Source: Brumimicrobium sp.
GTDB taxonomy: Bacteria; Bacteroidota; Bacteroidia; Flavobacteriales_D; Crocinitomicaceae
Direction of reading: 5' to 3'
Assembly (NCBI GenBank): GCA_041655765.1
Contig: JBBAEU010000003.1
Coordinates: 4,923 to 68,922 of the forward strand
DNA length: 64,000 nucleotides
In this document: in pieces, positions 57,155 through 64,000 of the stretch
Position numbering within the stretch: position 1 is the stretch's first letter
Layout of the letters: every line of letters starts with the position of its first letter
Notes under the pieces: generated by a model
Seen by the model: only the letters and a program-made list of their open reading frames with translations
Databases searched by the model: none
Told to the model about the DNA's origin: nothing
Program-made: the position numbers and the translations under genes

Positions 57155-57784
57155 CTATTGTTTGACTATTTCATAACCATCAGGGACTTCAACAGAAAAC
57201 ACCTCATCAGGATTTTCAACTTTTTTCTTAATGTTGGTTAATTGAAAAATCATTTCAACTCCATTTTCAACCTTAGAAAATTGAACAGGGAAGCCAGGTA
57301 GATTGTGGTTTAAGATTCTTTGGCTTTCTTTATCAATCTTGATTTCATCAGTTAACCAATAATCAGATTTATCCCCTTCTGGAGTTGTTACTTCAACCTG
57401 ATAACAGTTATAACCCAAAATCACTTTACGATTATTACTTTTCTTGATATCTTGATTCTGAACTTGAGTGTCTTCTACTTTATCCGTTAAAATAGCTTGT
57501 TTCCCGAAAAAGCTATCACTCAGTGATAACGTCACGTTATTTTTTCTATCAACAATAACAGAGGTATTGCTAAATTGTCCCATTATAAAATTCAATCTTG
57601 TTTTATACGGAACAAAATACATTTCCATTTTACTATTTCGAAGCATGGCAATTGTTTGTCTTGCTTCAGGTGAATCTTCTATTGCCTGTAATTCAATATT
57701 ATATTGAAAATAGCCTTCTTTGAGTTGGCCATAAGCAACAAAAACATTCATTACCAAACTTATAATAATTATTACTGATTTCAT
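57155..57784 (-). CDS. Exported DUF4412/GLPGLI-like protein
   Basis: Signal peptide; ILGYNCYQVEV, YWLTDEI, NLPGFPVQF, FSVEVPDGYE. Confidence 0.65.
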   Translation of the reverse strand: MKSVIIIISLVMNVFVAYGQLKEGYFQYNIELQAIEDSPEARQTIAMLRNSKMEMYFVPYKTRLNFIMGQFSNTSVIVDRKNNVTLSLSDSFFGKQAILTDKVEDTQVQNQDIKKSNNRKVILGYNCYQVEVTTPEGDKSDYWLTDEIKIDKESQRILNHNLPGFPVQFSKVENGVEMIFQLTNIKKKVENPDEVFSVEVPDGYEIVKQ

Positions 57785-57788
57785 TTTA

Positions 57789-59416
<1,628 letters not shown>

Positions 59417-59420
<4 letters not shown>

Positions 59421-60379
59421 AGACTTGGTGCATAAATTCGGTTTCTTTTCAACCATGGTGTTCTTCCTTGACTCTCGCTATTTTTCTTGTTGAGTAGTCT
59501 AAGTTGAAGGAATATTTCGTGTGAACCGTACGAATATTTTCCAATATCTGATAATGTATAGTCGTAAGAATAACCAACACTAAACATTTTTATGTTCACT
59601 CCAGCAATTCCGCTAACAGCATCATTTAGTCTATACGAAGCTCCTATCCAAAAAATATCATTCCACTCATAAAGTGCTGTTAAATCAATTTGAAAAGTTC
59701 CTGTTTCAATTATCTGGAATAATGTAGATAATTTAACCCTAGATTTCGACTCTCTTTTAAAATTGATATTATATCCTCCATAGATGTTGTATGTTCTTGC
59801 TAAAGGATTGTATAACTTGTAGTCAAAGTCAAATAAATCACGTCTAGATTCCACCAAATTATTAGCTGAAATACCCGCGAATCCTATATCCGAAAAGTAA
59901 TAGAACACACCAAAATTAACATCAGGTACAAGTTTGTTATTGTATCCCTGAAGAACAGCTGGATCGTTAGGAAGGTACGTAGTAATTCTATCCGCATCAA
60001 TATAATGTTGAGATAAGTTTGCGCCTATTCCGATACCTAAACGGTGTTTTTTTGTGTTATCTAAACGAAGGTGGTATGCTGCATTAATATTTCCCCCTGT
60101 AATTCGACTTGGACCAGCGACATCGTTGTAAATTACTCCACCGAAACCAAAATTAGGTGCAATTTTCCCATTTGCAGACAACATTTGTGTTGTTGGAGAG
60201 CCAGGAAAATTAGTCCATTGTTTTCTAAAATTCAAATTGATTGGAATATAATCTTTACTACCTGTTGCTCCTGCATTTACCATCATATTATCAAATAAAT
60301 ACTGGGTACGTAGTGAAACTTGTTGTGCATATAACGAACAAGTAAAAAAACCGAATATAATTAATATAATTTTCTTCAT
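59417..60379 (-). CDS. PorP/SprF family T9SS membrane beta-barrel protein
   Basis: TQYLFDNMMVNAGATG, RKQWTNFPGSP, IGASYR, VGYSYDY, GSHEIFL. Confidence 0.92.
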
Positions 60380-60383
60380 TGCT

Positions 60384-63300
60384 TTATCTTATTATTGTAA
60401 TGTTTCCCGTAAGCGGTTCTCTATTTTCTTTGTTTAAGTTAATAATGTAATAATATACTCCTGACGGCAAATCAGCTCCATTTGTTTTACCATCCCAAGG
60501 TTCATAAATTCCTGTTTGATTATGTACTAAGTTCCCCCATTTGTTAAAGACTTTCATTGTTGCATCTGGGTAAAGGTACATATTGTCAATTTCCCATTTA
60601 TCGTTATAATTATCTCCGTTAGGGGTGAAAGCTGAAACTGGATTAATACAATCCGAATCACTGCGTGGAATACTTACAGATTCCATAGTATGACATCCAA
60701 AAACATCGACAACATCTACATAATATGTTTCAGCATTAAGGTTTTGGGCAAAACTTGAACTTTCGCCTGTTGACCATGCGTATAAATATCCGCCATTCCC
60801 CCCTTGTGCGTAAGCTAATGCCGTTCCATCGTGTTGGTCGATACAAGATACTGCTGTTACATCAAATGTAACTGTAATTGGGTCGGGCTGAGTCATATTC
60901 ACTTCAATAGAATCTTTACACCCTTTTTGATCAATAACAGATAAATTATAAGTCCCTGCTATAACATTTAATAAGTCTTGGGTTGTAGCTCCATTTGACC
61001 ATAATGTGTTATAATCTGGGTTTCCTCCTTGAATATCTACAAATATGTTTCCACTTGATTCACCATTACATTTTACAACATCCGTTGTGTACGAAACTGT
61101 TAAAAGATCGGGTTGTAAGACTTCAATAAAGACTTCATTGAAGCAGTTGTTAGAATCAATTATTTCCAATTGATATATGTCAGCCGGTAGGTTTTGTAAG
61201 TCTTCTGTTTGTGCTGCTAAGACATAGTCTGAATTAAACCATTTAAATTCAAAGGGAGATGTTCCTCCTGTTGGTGTGATATCAATTGCGCCGTCATATC
61301 TGCCAAAGCAAGTTACCGCAGTTACAACTTCATTGAGCATTAACTCATCCGGTTCATTTACGAAGATTGAATCAGTTAAAATACAATCGTTATTATCTGT
61401 CACGATAAAAACATATAACCCTGAATGTAAATTAGTAGCTGTCTTTAATGTATCTCCGTTTGACCATTGGTATAAATAAGGAAATGTCCCTCCAGCAACA
61501 TCAATTGTGATTTCTCCATCATTTCCGTCATAACAAAGCACATCTTTTACTTCAAAATTATAACTAAGACTATCCGATGGCTCAGACAATGTAATGTTAT
61601 TGGTAGCAATACAACCGTGTGCGTCAGTAATTTCAACCTCATAGTATCCTGCCGTTAAATTACTGATACTTTCTGTAACTTGAGAGTTGTTCCAAGCAAA
61701 CTGATACGGTGTAACTCCACCATAAGTATTCAGTGTAACAGAACCATTGTTTCCTCCTTTACAAAGAATATCAACACCTGAAATATCGCTTTGAAGCAAA
61801 GGAGGTTCTGTAATTTGTAATGTATCAGTCAATTTACAGTTATTTGCATCCGTTACTCTGTAAGCATAAAAATCTGCAGGATAATTTTGTAATTGAGGGG
61901 TAACGTTACTTAAATCATAAAGACTGTTATTCCATTCATAAGAATAAGGTGTTGTTCCGCCAACAACTGTCAAGTTAATTGAGCCATTTGATTCTCCGTA
62001 GCAATTTACATCCGTTATTAAATATGTTGCAGAAAGCGGAGCAGAAGGTTGTGTTATGGTCAATTGATTCGAAAAAACACAAAGATTTGCATCCGTTATT
62101 TGGTAAGTATAAACACCTGCTGGTAAATTTGAAATTGTTTCTGTCGTCTCTCCTGTTGACCATAAGTAATCATAAGGTTCTGTTCCACCAGTAACATGTA
62201 TCGCTAAACTCCCTGTGTTATCCCCATAACATTTTACATTATTAATCGTTTCTATTACTTCAATGGGTAAAGAAGGCTGAGTTAATTCTTGTGTTAATAC
62301 TGCTTGACAATTATTATCATCTGTCACTGTAACCGTATAGACATCAGCTACTTGATTTGAAAGGTTTTGACTATTCCCTACAACTATATTTGCACTATTT
62401 TGCCATATATAATTGTAATTGGGTACACCTCCTGAAACTACTAAGTTAATATATCCGTCGTTTCCTCCGTGACAATTAACATCTTGATAAGTATGAGAAA
62501 TTGTCAGTTTAGTAGGTTCAAAAACCGATACTTGGTCAGTATATTCACAACCATTGTTATCTGTAACAACAACATTATAGACACTTGCTGGAATATTATT
62601 GAGTGTGGGACTATTACTAGCAAAAACTGTTGTTGTATTATTCCATTGAAAATTGTATGGCAATGTTCCCCCTTGCATTTCTATATGAACCTTCCCACTA
62701 TTGTCTCCATTACAAAGAACATCGTCGGCAGAAATTGTACCAGTTAACACCGAAGGCTGTGTGATAAGAAAACTAAGGTTAAGATTACAACCATTTAAAT
62801 CTGTAACTTCAACAGTATAATTACTACTTGTTACGTTTTTAAGATCCTCAGAGGTAGCCCCGTTATTCCACAAAAAATTATAGGATGGCGTTCCTCCCCA
62901 AATTTCTAAGTCGATTTCTCCATCAGCTTCTGAAAAACAGGAAACGTTTGTTATAACTCCCGATCCAGAAAGAGGTTCATTTGGTTCATTAATTGTAAAA
63001 CTCCTAGAATAAGTACAGTTTTTTGAGTCTGTTATAATAAGTGTATATTCATCTGCCACTACATTAGTTAATGACTGACCGACTCCCACTTCAGAAGAAG
63101 AACTATTTAACCAAGAGTAAGAATATGGAGTTGAACCACCCTTAGGTGTAATGCTTATGCTTCCTGTACTTTCTCCATGACAGCTAACATCTTGTACGTT
63201 AAAGTCTATTAGGCTAATTGGGTCTGGAGAAGTTACAACATAAGCACCTGTAACAGTACAGCCAGACACATTGTCTTTTACTGTAACTGTATAAGTCCCT

Positions 63301-63545
63301 ACAACTAATCCACTTATACTTCCTGTGTTTTCTCCATTAGACCAATTATAACTATAATTACCACTTCCGTTGGCAACCGTGACTGATGCTGATCCCGTGT
63401 TTTGTCCATAACAATCCAAATTAGTCCCAGACACGACGATATCGGGACATGGTTGTGCGTCATTGTTTTTTACTGCAAACCCAATTAACGGGTAAAGAAG
63501 TAATAAAGTAACTCCTATTTGTTTGAATATATTCATTTTTATCAT
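60384..63545 (-). CDS. SprB-repeat protein with CHU_C (T9SS type B) C-terminal domain
   Basis: Many V.C.G..G.I...GGT.PY.Y.W...G.Y.V.VTD.N.C repeats; FTPNGDNYNDKW...GVYYYII...GNITIIR. Confidence 0.93.
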   Translation of the reverse strand: MIKMNIFKQIGVTLLLLYPLIGFAVKNNDAQPCPDIVVSGTNLDCYGQNTGSASVTVANGSGNYSYNWSNGENTGSISGLVVGTYTVTVKDNVSGCTVTGAYVVTSPDPISLIDFNVQDVSCHGESTGSISITPKGGSTPYSYSWLNSSSSEVGVGQSLTNVVADEYTLIITDSKNCTYSRSFTINEPNEPLSGSGVITNVSCFSEADGEIDLEIWGGTPSYNFLWNNGATSEDLKNVTSSNYTVEVTDLNGCNLNLSFLITQPSVLTGTISADDVLCNGDNSGKVHIEMQGGTLPYNFQWNNTTTVFASNSPTLNNIPASVYNVVVTDNNGCEYTDQVSVFEPTKLTISHTYQDVNCHGGNDGYINLVVSGGVPNYNYIWQNSANIVVGNSQNLSNQVADVYTVTVTDDNNCQAVLTQELTQPSLPIEVIETINNVKCYGDNTGSLAIHVTGGTEPYDYLWSTGETTETISNLPAGVYTYQITDANLCVFSNQLTITQPSAPLSATYLITDVNCYGESNGSINLTVVGGTTPYSYEWNNSLYDLSNVTPQLQNYPADFYAYRVTDANNCKLTDTLQITEPPLLQSDISGVDILCKGGNNGSVTLNTYGGVTPYQFAWNNSQVTESISNLTAGYYEVEITDAHGCIATNNITLSEPSDSLSYNFEVKDVLCYDGNDGEITIDVAGGTFPYLYQWSNGDTLKTATNLHSGLYVFIVTDNNDCILTDSIFVNEPDELMLNEVVTAVTCFGRYDGAIDITPTGGTSPFEFKWFNSDYVLAAQTEDLQNLPADIYQLEIIDSNNCFNEVFIEVLQPDLLTVSYTTDVVKCNGESSGNIFVDIQGGNPDYNTLWSNGATTQDLLNVIAGTYNLSVIDQKGCKDSIEVNMTQPDPITVTFDVTAVSCIDQHDGTALAYAQGGNGGYLYAWSTGESSSFAQNLNAETYYVDVVDVFGCHTMESVSIPRSDSDCINPVSAFTPNGDNYNDKWEIDNMYLYPDATMKVFNKWGNLVHNQTGIYEPWDGKTNGADLPSGVYYYIINLNKENREPLTGNITIIR

Positions 63546-64000
63546 CTTATAATAGTGATTGTTCCGGTATAAGACTCACCGTTGTTTGTTCCTAAATCAA
63601 TTATATAGTAATAAACTGCCGAAGGCAAAGGTCTTCCGTTATGAGTCCCTCCCCAAGGTATATATTCACCTATGGTTTCATAAACTAAGTTCCCCCATTT
63701 ATTAAATATTTTTACTGAAGCATTTGGATATAGGTCTATATCATCTATAATCCATGTGTCATTATAATTGTCACCGTTTGGTGTAATTGTATTTGGTACA
63801 TCAATACAAACATCTTTGCTTTCTTCAATATAAAAAGTGTAAGAACTTTCACATAGATTCTCATCTTGTATTGTTAATTGATATTCACCTTGTACCAAAC
63901 CATTAATCTCGACATCTGTGCTTCCTGTACTCCACCAATAAGTATATGGTTGAATACCGCCATACGCTTGTGTCGTGATAATGGCATCTGATTGGTCTTT
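63542..64000 (-). CDS. SprB-repeat / CHU_C protein, 3' end (5' partial, runs off window)
   Basis: Frame is open from 64000: KDQSDAIITTQAYGGIQPYTYWWSTG...VPNTITPNGDNYNDTW...AVYYYII...GTITIIR; ATGA overlap with the next gene. Confidence 0.9.
   Translation of the reverse strand, partial: KDQSDAIITTQAYGGIQPYTYWWSTGSTDVEINGLVQGEYQLTIQDENLCESSYTFYIEESKDVCIDVPNTITPNGDNYNDTWIIDDIDLYPNASVKIFNKWGNLVYETIGEYIPWGGTHNGRPLPSAVYYYIIDLGTNNGESYTGTITIIR

Overview
AT-rich chromosomal window from a Bacteroidota bacterium, probably Flavobacteriales (inferred from type IX secretion cargo, PorP/SprF genes and TAnnTTTG promoter boxes). No rRNA, tRNA or CRISPR array is visible. Layout: (1) 1-2.7 kb NarL-type two-component locus with two matching palindromic operators, a Cys-rich lipoprotein, a frameshifted delta-60/T9SS gene and an IS30 relic; (2) 2.8-6.3 kb S1/P1 nuclease, Wzx-like flippase, acyltransferase; (3) 6.3-21.9 kb minus-strand surface-glycan locus containing three gene fragments or deletion scars and an unusual cassette (VioA aminotransferase, ATP-grasp ligase, GNAT, opine dehydrogenase, single-chain B12-dependent mutase-like protein, WecF-like transferase); (4) 22.0-22.65 kb small GIY-YIG nuclease followed by four copies of a 48-bp REP-like element whose arms are conserved while its central hairpin changes sequence but keeps length and pairing; (5) T9SS adhesin and a cysH-SDR-DUF2061-cysC-cysD-cysN sulfate operon; (6) housekeeping genes (ALDH, purC, trpS, hutI, purN, PPTase, GGGP synthase, ChaN, LD-carboxypeptidase); (7) 50-64 kb T9SS cargo/PorP/OmpA operon ending in a 2365-aa RCC1 protein. 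The strongest candidates for undescribed systems are the B12-mutase/opine/ATP-grasp sugar-acylation cassette and the GIY-YIG plus structured-repeat unit. All family calls are by eye from motifs; no database search was run.
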